Origin: Candidatus Atabeyarchaeum deiterrae
GTDB taxonomy: Archaea > Asgardarchaeota > Atabeyarchaeia > Atabeyarchaeales > Atabeyarchaeaceae
DNA length: 64,000 nt
Reading direction: 5' to 3'
NCBI GenBank assembly: GCA_037310415.1
Contig: CP147780.1
Coordinates: forward strand, 928,001-992,000
Shown here: positions 18,645 to 29,651 of the stretch, piece by piece
Numbering within the stretch: the stretch's first letter is position 1
Layout of the letters: each line of letters begins with the position of its first letter
Made by a program: the position numbers and the translations under genes
The notes under the pieces: generated by a model
Databases searched by the model: none
What the model saw: the letters and a program-made list of their open reading frames with translations, nothing else
Told to the model about the DNA's origin: nothing

Positions 18645-19223
18645 TTGAATTCAGTATTGATATCTGGAACACCCGGGACAGGAAAAACTACGCTTGCAAC
18701 GAAACTGTCTGAGTGCAGAGGGTACGGACTCATAGATATGGGTAGACTTGCAGAAACGGAACACATTTACGTGAGAATTGATGCTGGGAGAGACACAAAG
18801 ATCATCGACGAAAGAAAACTATCGATACGTGTAGAGAGAGAGATTCGCTCAACCAAGGGCAAAGTCATTATCCCTAGTCATTATGCCGAGATAGTCAAGC
18901 CTAAGCTAGTCGACAAGATAATAGTCTTGAGGACCAGACCAAGCGAACTCAGAAAAAGACTCATGCATCGTGGATGGAGTGAGGGCAAGATCCAGGAGAA
19001 CTTGGAGGCAGAGATACTTGGAGTCTGCTCATATAATGCCTTAACCAAATACGGAAGAAGTAAAGTCTACGAGATAGATACGACAAGCCTCTCCCCAGAC
19101 GAGACGCTCAAAATAGCGCTGGATATCCTTGAATCCAAAGAGGAATCCCATATTGCTGGTTCCATCGATTGGCTTGCAGAACTGGAAGAAAGTGAACTTG
19201 ATCTCTACATGATGAAGAAATAG
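18645..19223 (+). CDS. AK6/Fap7-type adenylate kinase
   Basis: SGTPGTGKTT, SHYAE, RGW..KI.EN.EAEI, IDW. Confidence 0.9.
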   Translation: MNSVLISGTPGTGKTTLATKLSECRGYGLIDMGRLAETEHIYVRIDAGRDTKIIDERKLSIRVEREIRSTKGKVIIPSHYAEIVKPKLVDKIIVLRTRPSELRKRLMHRGWSEGKIQENLEAEILGVCSYNALTKYGRSKVYEIDTTSLSPDETLKIALDILESKEESHIAGSIDWLAELEESELDLYMMKK

Positions 19224-19259
19224 AAAAGGCCGCAGTTCACCGAATCTAAATGGTCACTG

Positions 19260-20351
19260 TCATCTCTTCTTGAGCTCTTTCTCTATTTCAGATAGATTCT
19301 CAAGTCTCTTGTAGACTGGAGGGTGGGTTGAGAAGAGCGTGTTCAGAGATAGGAAGCTATTCTTCTGTCTCCCGACCTCCATAGTCTTGGTTATCTCCTT
19401 GTCGCTTAACAATCCACGTTCCTCAAGGTTTTCAACTTCCTTTTGGGCATTAACCGGATCAGCTATGAAGAATGCCCGCACACCGGCTACCTTACTCTTG
19501 CTTTGGCTTAGGTTCGTAGAGATCTTTACGAGAGCGCTTTGCAGGCTCTTAGGATTCCTTGTTGTAGTCGCGGAAAACCTGTCAGCAAAAAACTCACGTG
19601 TTCTACTGATGCTTAGGACTATCATCTGGAATATGAAGTAAACCAAGAGGGCAAGAACTCCAGCTGCAACAATTAGCCCTCCTGGATTATTGTTTTTGGA
19701 GCTACTTTGCCCGCGAGAGTAGAACATTGACTGGAACGCGACGTTTGCCACCATGTATGCAAGCAAGGGAAGGACACTGAGAATCGTAAGGATTCTGTAA
19801 TCCTTGTGTTTAATGTGCCCAAGCTCGTGCCCTATCACTCCGCGAATCTCATCCTGATTCAGCGTATTCAATAGTCCATCGGTGACCGCCAACGTCGCCC
19901 CTTTGGACGTTCTGCCGAACGTGAACGCATTAGCTTCCTTCATGGGAGAGATGGCTAATTTCGGAGTAGGAACCTTACTTTCCTGAGCTAGGCCCTGGAC
20001 AGTCTCTTGTAGCCAAGGTTTCTCCCCAGGTTCCACGTATCGTAGACGCATAGCCCTTCGAACTATACTTGGGCCAATCGCGTACTGTATTATTACGAAG
20101 AAAATTGTCAATATGAATGGATAGAAGAGTGGGCCCATGATAGCATTTATGAACATGACCAACAAGGCATCGAGCGTTGGTCCAATCACTGGTATCAATC
20201 CTATTAAGGGAATATGCGATACACTGATTATCTGAGTGCTGGGCAAGTATGCCTGAAGAAGATAAGTAATCCCCCAGACAAACAAGAAGAACACTATTGC
20301 AGAAACCAGTAATGCAATATACATCCTAAGCTTCAATCTTACAAGCGTCAA
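19260..20351 (-). CDS. htpX: M48 family zinc metalloprotease HtpX
   Basis: NAFTFG, HELGH, SRTREFFADR, FSTHPP, TM helices. Confidence 0.92.
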   Translation of the reverse strand: MTLVRLKLRMYIALLVSAIVFFLFVWGITYLLQAYLPSTQIISVSHIPLIGLIPVIGPTLDALLVMFINAIMGPLFYPFILTIFFVIIQYAIGPSIVRRAMRLRYVEPGEKPWLQETVQGLAQESKVPTPKLAISPMKEANAFTFGRTSKGATLAVTDGLLNTLNQDEIRGVIGHELGHIKHKDYRILTILSVLPLLAYMVANVAFQSMFYSRGQSSSKNNNPGGLIVAAGVLALLVYFIFQMIVLSISRTREFFADRFSATTTRNPKSLQSALVKISTNLSQSKSKVAGVRAFFIADPVNAQKEVENLEERGLLSDKEITKTMEVGRQKNSFLSLNTLFSTHPPVYKRLENLSEIEKELKKR

Positions 20352-20473
20352 CGCCCGATTCCTCCCTAGTGAGAATCGTTAATTGAGTACCGCAAGGATG
20401 TCCCTTTAAGTCTTTTTGTTTTCAGATTCGATGGGTATCAATTCCTCGCAAGATTAAAATAACCAAGTTAGAC

Positions 20474-20495
20474 TTTAGGTTCACTCTAACCTAAA
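20474..20495. promoter_or_regulatory. perfect inverted repeat TTTAGGTT-N6-AACCTAAA between divergent htpX and acd; candidate operator
   Basis: 8-bp arms seen directly; partial second copy CTCTAACCT at 20551. Confidence 0.45.
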
Positions 20496-20674
20496 TGAGG
20501 AGGTAACGCTGAATACATCTGGATAAACCTCAATAGCTGTTTTAGTAATGCTCTAACCTCAGGTTTCCTCACAGATTCAGATTGCCAAGGAAAGCATTGC
20601 CGTTAGCCGATTGCCTCCGGACGAAAAAGTTAGCTTCGTGCAGTAACCCAAATCATATGAGGTAAGACTTTCCG

Positions 20675-22783
20675 ATGAACACACCCAAAGGTATTTTCAA
20701 TCCCTCCACAATTGCTGTCGTAGGTGCTTCAAGAAGTCCTGATAAGATAGGAAATGTTGTTCTAAGAAATATTATTCAGAGCGGCTACAGGGGAAAGATC
20801 TTACCGGTAAATCCGAACGCTCCTGAGATATTGGGATTGAGAACTTATCCTAAGGTTGCGGATTATAACGGAGAAGTTGATCAAGCCGTAATAACTATAC
20901 CCGCACAGTATGTTCCCAACGCTTTAATTGAGTGCGGTGAGAAAGGAGTAAAATCGGTTGTCGTTATTACTGCTGGGTTCAAGGAAGCTGGACATGAAGG
21001 ACTTCAGCTTGAGAAACAGTGCGTTGAGATTTGCAGGAAATATGGAATGCGCATGCTTGGGCCCAATGTTGTTGGATATATCGACACATGGGTGCCAATC
21101 AACGCAACCTTCGCTCCCGGGATGGCCTTGAAGGGCAACATAGGACTTGCATCTCAGTCTGGCGCGTTATGTACGGCTCTGCTTGATTGGTCAGTCCAAG
21201 CTGGAGTCGGGTTCTCGAAGTTCATAAGTGTGGGGAATAAGGCTGATCTCACCGAATCTGACATGTTGGAAATAATGTCCGATGATCCCGCTACACACGT
21301 AATAGTCCTATACTTAGAGTCGGTTGTCAATGGATCTAGATTTATCGATGTCGCGCGAAGAGTAACCCGCAAGAAACCAGTCATAGTCCTGAAGTCTGGA
21401 ATCTCAGATGCTGGGGCACGCGCGGCCTCATCTCATACAGGTGCTTTGGCTGGTAGTGATATCGCAGTTGAAACCACCTTCAATCAAATGGGTATCTTGC
21501 GTGCCCATTCCCTAAGCCAATTGTTTGATCTTGCCATAACTCTCTCATCTCAACCCGTTCCTAAGGGTGAGAACGTTGGCGTTGTGACAAATGCGGGTGG
21601 TCCAGGAGTATTGACGGCCGATGCCGTTGAGACTAGTGGACTTAAGATGGCTTCTCTTTCGCCAGAAACACTCAACACCCTGCGGAAGAACCTGCCTGAG
21701 GAGGCTGCCGTTAACAACCCAGTAGACGTCGTTGGAGATGCTGACATCAACCGTTACTCATTTGCGCTCAGGACCGTTCTCAAAGACCCGAATGTCAACA
21801 GCATGATCGCGATGATAGCGCCGGTCGCCGTTCTACCCCCAGACAGCTTAGCTGATCTTCTCATTTCAGTCAGAAACGAAGGTGTGGACAAGCCGATGAT
21901 TGGGGTGCTCGTCGGCGGACCAACAATGAAGAGTGCTTCTGATCGGCTTCTTGCTGCAGGGATACCAACTTTTACATTTCCTGAAGATGGTGTCGAAACA
22001 ATCCTAGGCTTGACGAAGTATGCGAAGATTCTTGAGCTTCCAATTAACGAGCAAATACCCAAATTCATTGTAGACAAGAGAAAGGTAGAAGCAGTAATTG
22101 AAGCAGCCAAAATTGACGGCAGGGCAACTTTGCTTGGCTCAGAGGCCATGGCCGTTGCAGAAGCCTATGGAATAAACGTTCCCCCGACTAGCCTTGTCAC
22201 CTCAGGCAAGCAGGCTGCGGAACTATCCGAAGAGATTGGCTATCCTGTTGCTCTCAAAGTCTCTTCACCTCAGATTCTACATAAGACGGATGTGGGTGGA
22301 GTCAAGCTTAATTTGAATTCTGCGAAACAAGTTGAAGAGGCATTTGCAGACATAATGGATCTCGTCTCAGCCAGATTCCCAGATGCCAGGGTTTATGGGT
22401 GTGACCTACAGAAGATGGTGAAACCAGGATTTGAACTAATAATGGGATCGAGCAAGGATCTTGTGTTCGGACCGCTGGTCATGTTCGGTTCGGGCGGCAT
22501 CTTTGCCAACTTCCTAAAGGATGTCTCTTTTGGACTTGCGCCTTTACCTGAGAGAGTTGCAGAAGAGATGATAGGTAGAACCAAGGCAGCCACAATACTG
22601 AGAGGCGTTCGCGGAATGAAACCCTATGACCTGAAAGCGATTCGCGAAATGCTTCTCAGGCTCTCTCAACTGGTAATAGACTTCCCAGAGATAACTGAAG
22701 TAGATGTCAACCCAGTTTTCGCATACCCTACAAACGAAGGGTGCGTAGCTCTAGATGTGAAAATAGTTGCTGGCGGAAGATAA
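20675..22783 (+). CDS. acd: acyl/acetate--CoA ligase (ADP-forming), fused alpha-beta
   Basis: VVGASRSPDKIG, GPNVVG, SQSGA, SHTGALAG, NAGGPG, NPVD; C-terminal ATP-grasp with HKTDVGGV. Confidence 0.92.
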   Translation: MNTPKGIFNPSTIAVVGASRSPDKIGNVVLRNIIQSGYRGKILPVNPNAPEILGLRTYPKVADYNGEVDQAVITIPAQYVPNALIECGEKGVKSVVVITAGFKEAGHEGLQLEKQCVEICRKYGMRMLGPNVVGYIDTWVPINATFAPGMALKGNIGLASQSGALCTALLDWSVQAGVGFSKFISVGNKADLTESDMLEIMSDDPATHVIVLYLESVVNGSRFIDVARRVTRKKPVIVLKSGISDAGARAASSHTGALAGSDIAVETTFNQMGILRAHSLSQLFDLAITLSSQPVPKGENVGVVTNAGGPGVLTADAVETSGLKMASLSPETLNTLRKNLPEEAAVNNPVDVVGDADINRYSFALRTVLKDPNVNSMIAMIAPVAVLPPDSLADLLISVRNEGVDKPMIGVLVGGPTMKSASDRLLAAGIPTFTFPEDGVETILGLTKYAKILELPINEQIPKFIVDKRKVEAVIEAAKIDGRATLLGSEAMAVAEAYGINVPPTSLVTSGKQAAELSEEIGYPVALKVSSPQILHKTDVGGVKLNLNSAKQVEEAFADIMDLVSARFPDARVYGCDLQKMVKPGFELIMGSSKDLVFGPLVMFGSGGIFANFLKDVSFGLAPLPERVAEEMIGRTKAATILRGVRGMKPYDLKAIREMLLRLSQLVIDFPEITEVDVNPVFAYPTNEGCVALDVKIVAGGR

Positions 22784-22856
22784 CCTAAAGCGTAAATGCA
22801 TGAATGAACATATATCTGATAATATATGAATTTCAGATTGCCGCCAATGGAGTTGT

Positions 22857-23951
22857 TTGTCGATGGCCAAGACTCTCTATATTGCTTCGTCCAACGAATT
22901 CAGTGGCAAGACTGCAATATGCTTAGGTTTAGCTCTGAAGTTCAAGGAATTTGGATTGAGAGTTTCTTACTTGAAACCTATAGCTCCTGCAATCAGCACA
23001 ATAAGAGCAGGTCACCCTACAGATGATGACGCTCAGCTATTGATTGAAAGCCTCGGCTTGCCTTACCCTATAACGACAGTTGTCGCTGGTTTCTTGGAGC
23101 GTCGTTACCTTGACAAGGTGTCCCTCGAATACAAGAAGAGTCTACTAAAGAAAATCGATAAAGCATATGCCGAGGTGTCGAAGGATGCGGATTTGGTGGT
23201 CGTGGAAGGCTGTCGGAGATTCCGAGATGGAATAGCTCTTGGTATTGACCCTTCAAGCTTGTCGAAGAGGCTCGGTGCCAAGATGATCATAGTCTGCAAA
23301 GGTGGCGAGGACACCGTAGCAGACAAGATCATCATAGAGAAAATGGTTACCGACATGAACCAAGTAGAGCTCATTGGCTCGATAATCAACAATGTTCCAA
23401 AGACTATGATAGAGCGGGTTGAAGGTGTTGTTAGACCAGTTCTGGAATCAAAGAACGTTCCCGTCCTTGGCATAATACCTGAGGAGGGCGGGCTCACGGC
23501 TCCCTCGGTAGCGGATATCCAGGCGACACTACAAGGGGAAGTTCTAGCTGGGGAAGAGAACTTCGAAAGAACGGTCCGACACATTTTGGTGGGAGCAATG
23601 ACCCCGAGTTCAGCCCTCAGATTCCTAAGAAGTGTAGACGATAAGGTAGTCGTGACAGGAGGAGACAGAGCTGACATAGCTCTACTTGCACTTGAAACTG
23701 ATACATCACTCCTTGTCCTAACAGGAAACATGTACCCTGACATCCACGTAATCTCGAAAGCAAGAGAAAAAAATGTTCCAGTAATTCTAGTCCCCGACGA
23801 CACCTACTCAACTGTAAGCAAGATCGAATCAGTTACGGGACGCATAAAACCGGGTGATCAAAAGAAGATCAATATTGCACGTCAGATTTGCTCTAGTTAC
23901 ATCGACTGGAAAAAGATACTCGCAGTACTCGGTTTTGAATCACAAGCATAG
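22857..23951 (+). CDS. phosphotransacetylase N-terminal-like protein (BioD-like AAA_26 + DRTGG)
   Basis: SGKTAICLGL, YLKP, VVEG, VGAM, VTGGDRADI. Confidence 0.88.
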   Translation: MSMAKTLYIASSNEFSGKTAICLGLALKFKEFGLRVSYLKPIAPAISTIRAGHPTDDDAQLLIESLGLPYPITTVVAGFLERRYLDKVSLEYKKSLLKKIDKAYAEVSKDADLVVVEGCRRFRDGIALGIDPSSLSKRLGAKMIIVCKGGEDTVADKIIIEKMVTDMNQVELIGSIINNVPKTMIERVEGVVRPVLESKNVPVLGIIPEEGGLTAPSVADIQATLQGEVLAGEENFERTVRHILVGAMTPSSALRFLRSVDDKVVVTGGDRADIALLALETDTSLLVLTGNMYPDIHVISKAREKNVPVILVPDDTYSTVSKIESVTGRIKPGDQKKINIARQICSSYIDWKKILAVLGFESQA

Positions 23952-24091
23952 AGCCCTTCTATCTTCAGGAATGAGTCGACAGACACGTTATCCTTCAATT
24001 AATGCAAATAACACATCTCGTTGAAAAAACAACAATCTAGCTTTCAAAGTTAGTCACTCCGATTCCAAATAGAAAAAGGAGGTAGCAACCT

Positions 24092-25123
24092 GTGGCTGAA
24101 GTCGCCGTCTCAATTCAGGATCTGACCAAGAGATTCGGCGATGTGATGGCAGTTGACCACATCAACCTAGAGATCAAGAAAGGTGAGATTTTTGGTCTCC
24201 TCGGACCGAATGGGGCTGGCAAAACTACTACCATTAGATTGCTTTGCACTCTACTCGAGCCAACTGAAGGCACAGCCAGAATCGCAGGATACGATATTCG
24301 AAAGCAAGTTGCAGAAGTGAGAAGAAACATCGGAGTCGTATCAGAAGGAATAGATCTTTATGGTGACTTGACCGCAAAGGAGAACTTGATCCTGTTCGGG
24401 AAGCTATTCGGTGTACCCAAGAAGACATTGTTAAAAAGAATAGATGAGCTTCTTGACTTCATTGGACTCACGGATAGGGCCAATGATCTTGTATCAACAT
24501 TTTCAACAGGTATGCGAAAGAAGACGTTGATAGTGTCGTCCCTGATCCACAGCCCACAGATCCTCTATCTCGACGAGGTCACGAGTGGGCTTGATCCCCA
24601 GACAGCCGTGTCAGTAAGAGAAATGACGCGTCGACTGCGTGAACAAGGAATAACCATAATCTGGACGACTCACTATCTTGATGAACCCGATAGGATCTGT
24701 GACAGAGTTGGGATCATCTATGGAGGGCGGATCCTGGCACTTGGGACTCCGAAGGAGGTCAAGAACATTGCTTCTGGTTCTGTGACTATAGAGTTGACTC
24801 TCGACAAACACCCGCCCCAGGAATGTTTGGATTACTTCAATAGCTTGGACGGTGTGATAGCAGTCAAGTCTGAAGATAAAGAGCTCAACCTTACAATCCA
24901 TAACCATGAAACATCGGTATCTAGAGTAATAGAATGCCTCAGTAACTTTGGCATCAAAATCACCGATTTATCAAAGAAGGAGCCTTCACTTGAAGAGGCA
25001 TTCTTGAAACTCATCTCGGAAGCCTCGACGAAAGAATCCAGTAACCAAAAAAGAGTTGAAGATGAAATAGAGCGCCTCCGAAATCAGATAATCAAAGCAA
25101 TGGAAAAGATCAAACTGGAATAG
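24092..25123 (+). CDS. ABC-2 exporter ATP-binding subunit (DrrA-like)
   Basis: GPNGAGKTT, FSTGM, LDEVTSGLDP, TTH. Confidence 0.93.
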   Translation: MAEVAVSIQDLTKRFGDVMAVDHINLEIKKGEIFGLLGPNGAGKTTTIRLLCTLLEPTEGTARIAGYDIRKQVAEVRRNIGVVSEGIDLYGDLTAKENLILFGKLFGVPKKTLLKRIDELLDFIGLTDRANDLVSTFSTGMRKKTLIVSSLIHSPQILYLDEVTSGLDPQTAVSVREMTRRLREQGITIIWTTHYLDEPDRICDRVGIIYGGRILALGTPKEVKNIASGSVTIELTLDKHPPQECLDYFNSLDGVIAVKSEDKELNLTIHNHETSVSRVIECLSNFGIKITDLSKKEPSLEEAFLKLISEASTKESSNQKRVEDEIERLRNQIIKAMEKIKLE

Positions 25124-25175
25124 AGAAGAGAGATCAAGAGCCACTAAGGGAATTAATTAAGTAACCTCGTATAGA

Positions 25176-26345
25176 ATGGGCTGGTGTCAAGAGTTGCGTC
25201 GCCGCAGAAGAGTAACAGGTACACTTCACGATATGTCACTGATCGCCACTAAGGAGGTACGGCAACTATGGCGTGACAAAGCGAGCCTAACGTTAACATT
25301 TCTGATACCCGTCGCAATTCTGCTCGCCTTTGGAGTCACCGTGCCAGCTTCCTCATCGCTCACGACTGGAAATGTTCCTGTCAATGTCACTGTATGTGAC
25401 TTCGATCAAACTTCACTATCCCATGACTTTCTAGCAATCGTTAGTAACTCAACATCATTCGTGATAACATACCAAAGTGATGTTGCCAAAGCAAGATCAG
25501 ATGTAGAGTGGGGCACATATGTAGCAGCTATCATAATCCCACAAGGATTCGCCACAAACTTGACACGCAGGCCTTACCCTGCAAACATTAGTATCACTAT
25601 CATATTGGATGACTCGAAATCGTATATGGTTGGGATGGTTGAGTCAGATCTTGCAAACGCCACTCAAATCTTCATGGGACGCCTCGGACTTGAGGTCAAA
25701 CCAAACGTGAAGCTGACAGAGGACAAACTAAGTGGGAGAGATCTGACTTTTCGCACAACAATTGCGGCCCCTGTTATGGGTATAGCCCTCATTTTCGGTT
25801 GCTTCGATGACGCTGCAGGCTCGATGGCCAGGGAGCGTGAAAGAGGTACCTTCAGCCGCTTGCTTCTAACTCCCATCAACAGGCTCAGCATATTCATGGG
25901 AAAAACATTCTCGAGTATGATCCTAACCATAGTCAGAACCTCACTTCTCTTGCTGTTCCTGATTTATTATCTGAACGTCACCATAGCGGGCAGTTTGCTG
26001 CTTGTGTATCTCATCGCTCTCTTGATAGATACAACGACAGTTGCTCTTGGATTCGCAATCGCCTCCCGAGCAAAAAGTACTAGAAGTGTAGTAATAGCCC
26101 AAATAGCAATAATGATACCATTGATCTTCTTGACAGGAGTCTTGAGACCAGCTGAAGCAATGCCAGAATATGCGAGGGGGCTAGTCAACATAATACCTTA
26201 CACCTACGCAAACGACGCATTCAGACGCGTGGTTAATCTTGGGCAAGGACTCCAATTCATCTTGGGAGACATAGCAGTTCTCCTAACTGCTACAATCATC
26301 CTGTTCACTGTGGCAGCACTATTGATGAAGCGCAGCATAGTCTAA
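25176..26345 (+). CDS. ABC-2 type permease
   Basis: RERERGTFSRLLLTP motif, multiple TM helices, follows the ATPase. Confidence 0.9.
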   Translation: MGWCQELRRRRRVTGTLHDMSLIATKEVRQLWRDKASLTLTFLIPVAILLAFGVTVPASSSLTTGNVPVNVTVCDFDQTSLSHDFLAIVSNSTSFVITYQSDVAKARSDVEWGTYVAAIIIPQGFATNLTRRPYPANISITIILDDSKSYMVGMVESDLANATQIFMGRLGLEVKPNVKLTEDKLSGRDLTFRTTIAAPVMGIALIFGCFDDAAGSMARERERGTFSRLLLTPINRLSIFMGKTFSSMILTIVRTSLLLLFLIYYLNVTIAGSLLLVYLIALLIDTTTVALGFAIASRAKSTRSVVIAQIAIMIPLIFLTGVLRPAEAMPEYARGLVNIIPYTYANDAFRRVVNLGQGLQFILGDIAVLLTATIILFTVAALLMKRSIV

Positions 26346-26352
26346 AAGAAAA

Positions 26353-27120
26353 ATGGGGTTGAGTACAACGAAATCAGTTGGCAGGACATCGAGGAGCAAT
26401 GACACAATACGAGTCATTTCAGCCGTAGCAGTATCAGGGATGATTATGTTGTGTATGGTTCTGGGTCAACTCAATGTGGCTAGCCAACCTCCAGCTAGTC
26501 CAACATCTGACCCAGCGGTAGTTGTAGTGGGGGGAAACCCCTCATGGGACTTGGTCGGATCAATGATCCTCTACAGAAGCAATTCTGATGCTGGCGATCA
26601 GCCGTACTGGGTAGCTCAGTCATTTCAAGTAGTGAGAAACGCCAGTTCCATTGTGCTAAGTCTTGAGATCTACATATGGCTAGCGAGAGACGTTCCGCCT
26701 GACTCTTCATTCCCACAAACGGTTGACAACATTACAGTTTTGCTTACAAACGCTACAGCCGCCGGAAACCCCAACATTCTTGACCCAATTGCTAACCGAA
26801 CGATCGGTCCTCAGAACATAACGGCAGCTGGCCCGTATCCTCGGGGTTTGATGAAGATAAACGACACCTTTGCCGTCCACCTTTCTCTCGTTGCATCAAA
26901 CCCGCTTGTGGGGTTTAGTCCAGGAGAGTACTTCATATTCCTCTACCGCAGCAATTTGGGTGATAACGAGGATTACCATAATGGTTACGCCTACTACTGG
27001 GCCGCATCAAAACTCGACCTCTATTACGGGGGAGGGAGTTGGATGCTCAACAACAAAGGAGAATGGAGATCTTACCCCAATGACTTGTGCTTTGCGTTGA
27101 TTGAGGTCACATTCCCTTGA
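26353..27120 (+). CDS. hypothetical secreted/membrane-anchored beta-rich protein
   Basis: N-terminal hydrophobic helix, AQSF and DLCF motifs, several N-x-S/T sequons. Confidence 0.65.
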   Translation: MGLSTTKSVGRTSRSNDTIRVISAVAVSGMIMLCMVLGQLNVASQPPASPTSDPAVVVVGGNPSWDLVGSMILYRSNSDAGDQPYWVAQSFQVVRNASSIVLSLEIYIWLARDVPPDSSFPQTVDNITVLLTNATAAGNPNILDPIANRTIGPQNITAAGPYPRGLMKINDTFAVHLSLVASNPLVGFSPGEYFIFLYRSNLGDNEDYHNGYAYYWAASKLDLYYGGGSWMLNNKGEWRSYPNDLCFALIEVTFP

Positions 27121-27312
27121 GAACCGTAGGCTTAATAAGAAAAATACTCTTATATCTTGAAAACTAGGTGGGTCGTCAGTCTATGCCTAATAGATTCTGT
27201 CTTGCGTTATGACCTGAGTTTTCAGATCGCTCGCTTTCAGCGTGTTGGCATATTTTGGGGGGAGGGGCAAGCGATCCATGTGGTGAGTCTTCTAGGGGAA
27301 GAGTGTTGTGAC

Positions 27313-29238
27313 TTGTCTAAGGTGGAAGAGGAAGAATACTTCCTGAGGCGTGAGGTCGGCTGGTTCGGTTCCTTCTCTATGGGTTATGCCGACGTTGGAG
27401 CCGATATTTTTGTAGCCCTCGGACTAGTTGCACTATACGCTGCTGGGGCTGCGCCGGTAGCTTTCGCCATAGCTTCAATAACATACATCTGTACAGCTAT
27501 GGCTTACTCTGAGCTTGCCTCAACATACCCGTACTCAGGTGGTGCTCATGTCTATGCAATGAAAGCTTCGACTGACATGGTGGGGTTCATAGCCGGATGG
27601 GCAGTAATGTTAGATTACACGATCGACATATCTCTTTTCTCTTTGGCAACATCAGGATACATTTCCTTTTTCATTCCGGGGTTGAAGTCGCTATACATAC
27701 CGCTTTCTTTGTTCGGATTTCAGCTCAGTATCCCATACATTGGGCTAGTTGCCTTCTCTTTGGTGATTTTCCTACTCATAATCAACATTATCGGTATTAG
27801 TGAATCATCAAAACTGAACGTCGCACTGGTGACGCTAACACTGGTCGCCGAGTCGATCGTATTGATACTGGGCTTTTTGCTGTCATTCAAGCCAGCTACC
27901 TTCTTGAGTCAGGTTGTATCGCCTGGTGCAGATACGCAATATAGCAACATCTCATATTTCTTTGGGCAAGATGTTAAGACGCAGAACTTCATCTACGGCG
28001 TTACCCTAGCCATGTGCAGTTTCATAGGTATAGAATCGATAGCACAGGCAGCAGAAGAAACAAAGAAGCCTCATAGATGGTTGCCGCGTGCAATTAAGCT
28101 TTCAATAGTATCTGTGATAATATTCGCTTTGGGTCTCTCCATTTTGGCCATAGGTGTTGCGCCATGGCAGGTGATAGCTGAAAACAAGTTGAACCCGATG
28201 GCAGCAGTCACAAGTACTATTCCAGTCATAGGTGCTGTTCTCTCAGTCGTCGTAGCATTCACAGGGATAGCGATTTGCTATGTTTCAACAAATACAGGTA
28301 TAATAGGTGTATCGAGAGTCGTATTCTCAATGGGTCGGTACAAGCTACTGCCCAGATGGTTCTACAAAGTCCACCCGAAGACCAAGACACCATACAGAAC
28401 CATCATAATCTTTGGAATGATCGGGGGTCTACTTGCTCTAGTTGGAGAATTGCAGTTAGTAGCGGACCTCTACAACTTCGGTGCACTACTTTCATACATA
28501 ATCGTGAACATCTGTGTAATAGTTCTGAGAAATAAGGACAAGGAGGCCTACCGGCCATGGAAAGTTCCACTTGAAATAAGGATCAGGTTCAGAAGCAGAA
28601 AACTTCTCTTGCCAATAATCTCAGTAATCGGAGTTGTAAGTTGCTCGGTCATATGGCTCTTGGTGGTGCTGTATCATCCGGAAGGAAGAATATTCGGTAC
28701 ACTATGGATTCTGATAGGCATAATTGGGTTCATCGTATATCGCAAGCATATTGGTCTGTCTCCCTTCTCTAAAGCGATGGGTAGAGAGGTTCGTCCAGCT
28801 GGATACCTCATGAACGCGCTAGTATTAGTTAGGGTGCCCGAAGACGAAAGAAAGATTTTCTCAACAATCAAGAAAAACGTGGATCGACGTTTTTCGATTA
28901 CGCTCTGCAATATAGTGGATCCGGATGAATATGGTCTGACGCTCGAAAATTTGAAATCGTACTCAGTTCTTAAGACAATAGAAGAGGAAAGTAGGATTGC
29001 AGTAGAGAAAATGGCCCGCAAACTCAGAAAGGAAGGCTATAAGAGCAGAAGCAAAGTCCTATTGGGTTATACAGGTGAAGTATTGGACAAGGAAGCTGCA
29101 TCTGAAGACAATGATCTGGTAGTCCTGATTAAAAGGAGAACTGGAAGGACAGGAATGGAGAAACATATGGCTCAGGCATATGAAGTCGCTTCGAAGTATT
29201 CAGGGAAGGTAATGGTCATAAGACGAGAGACAGACTGA
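27313..29238 (+). CDS. APC-family amino acid/cation permease with C-terminal USP-like domain
   Basis: YSELASTYPYSGG, FIGIESIAQAAEE, ~12 TMs, soluble C-terminal domain. Confidence 0.88.
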   Translation: MSKVEEEEYFLRREVGWFGSFSMGYADVGADIFVALGLVALYAAGAAPVAFAIASITYICTAMAYSELASTYPYSGGAHVYAMKASTDMVGFIAGWAVMLDYTIDISLFSLATSGYISFFIPGLKSLYIPLSLFGFQLSIPYIGLVAFSLVIFLLIINIIGISESSKLNVALVTLTLVAESIVLILGFLLSFKPATFLSQVVSPGADTQYSNISYFFGQDVKTQNFIYGVTLAMCSFIGIESIAQAAEETKKPHRWLPRAIKLSIVSVIIFALGLSILAIGVAPWQVIAENKLNPMAAVTSTIPVIGAVLSVVVAFTGIAICYVSTNTGIIGVSRVVFSMGRYKLLPRWFYKVHPKTKTPYRTIIIFGMIGGLLALVGELQLVADLYNFGALLSYIIVNICVIVLRNKDKEAYRPWKVPLEIRIRFRSRKLLLPIISVIGVVSCSVIWLLVVLYHPEGRIFGTLWILIGIIGFIVYRKHIGLSPFSKAMGREVRPAGYLMNALVLVRVPEDERKIFSTIKKNVDRRFSITLCNIVDPDEYGLTLENLKSYSVLKTIEEESRIAVEKMARKLRKEGYKSRSKVLLGYTGEVLDKEAASEDNDLVVLIKRRTGRTGMEKHMAQAYEVASKYSGKVMVIRRETD

Positions 29239-29360
29239 AACGCATTCCCTTTAGTGCGCTCATAATGCTTGTATAAATGAGCACCGCAACATATTTCGGT
29301 AGAGTAAATACAAACATGAAAAAGAGTAGCCAGTAAAAACCCAAAGGGTTGTTGGTAAGT

Positions 29361-29630
29361 TTGCCGAAAGGAATCCTGTCCATAATAAACATCTTCGTTG
29401 AATCGAAGATGCTTGATAATGTGGTCAAGAGTGTTACTGAACTCCCCGAGGTAACAGATGTTTTCGAAGTTACTGGGGAGTATGACGTAGTTGCCCTGGT
29501 CAATACTAAAGATATACTCGAGTTCAGATCACTTATCAAAAACAAGATCCTGAAAATACCTGGAATAAGAAGCACTGTTACGGCAGTAGTACTGTATACG
29601 CATAAGATGGGAGGCAAAACTGTCGATTAA
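29361..29630 (+). CDS. stand-alone Lrp/AsnC ligand-binding (RAM) domain protein
   Basis: EVTGEYDVVA...KIPGIRSTVT; no HTH. Confidence 0.85.
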   Translation: MPKGILSIINIFVESKMLDNVVKSVTELPEVTDVFEVTGEYDVVALVNTKDILEFRSLIKNKILKIPGIRSTVTAVVLYTHKMGGKTVD

Positions 29631-29651
29631 CTTGTCTTGGCTGGTGGATAG

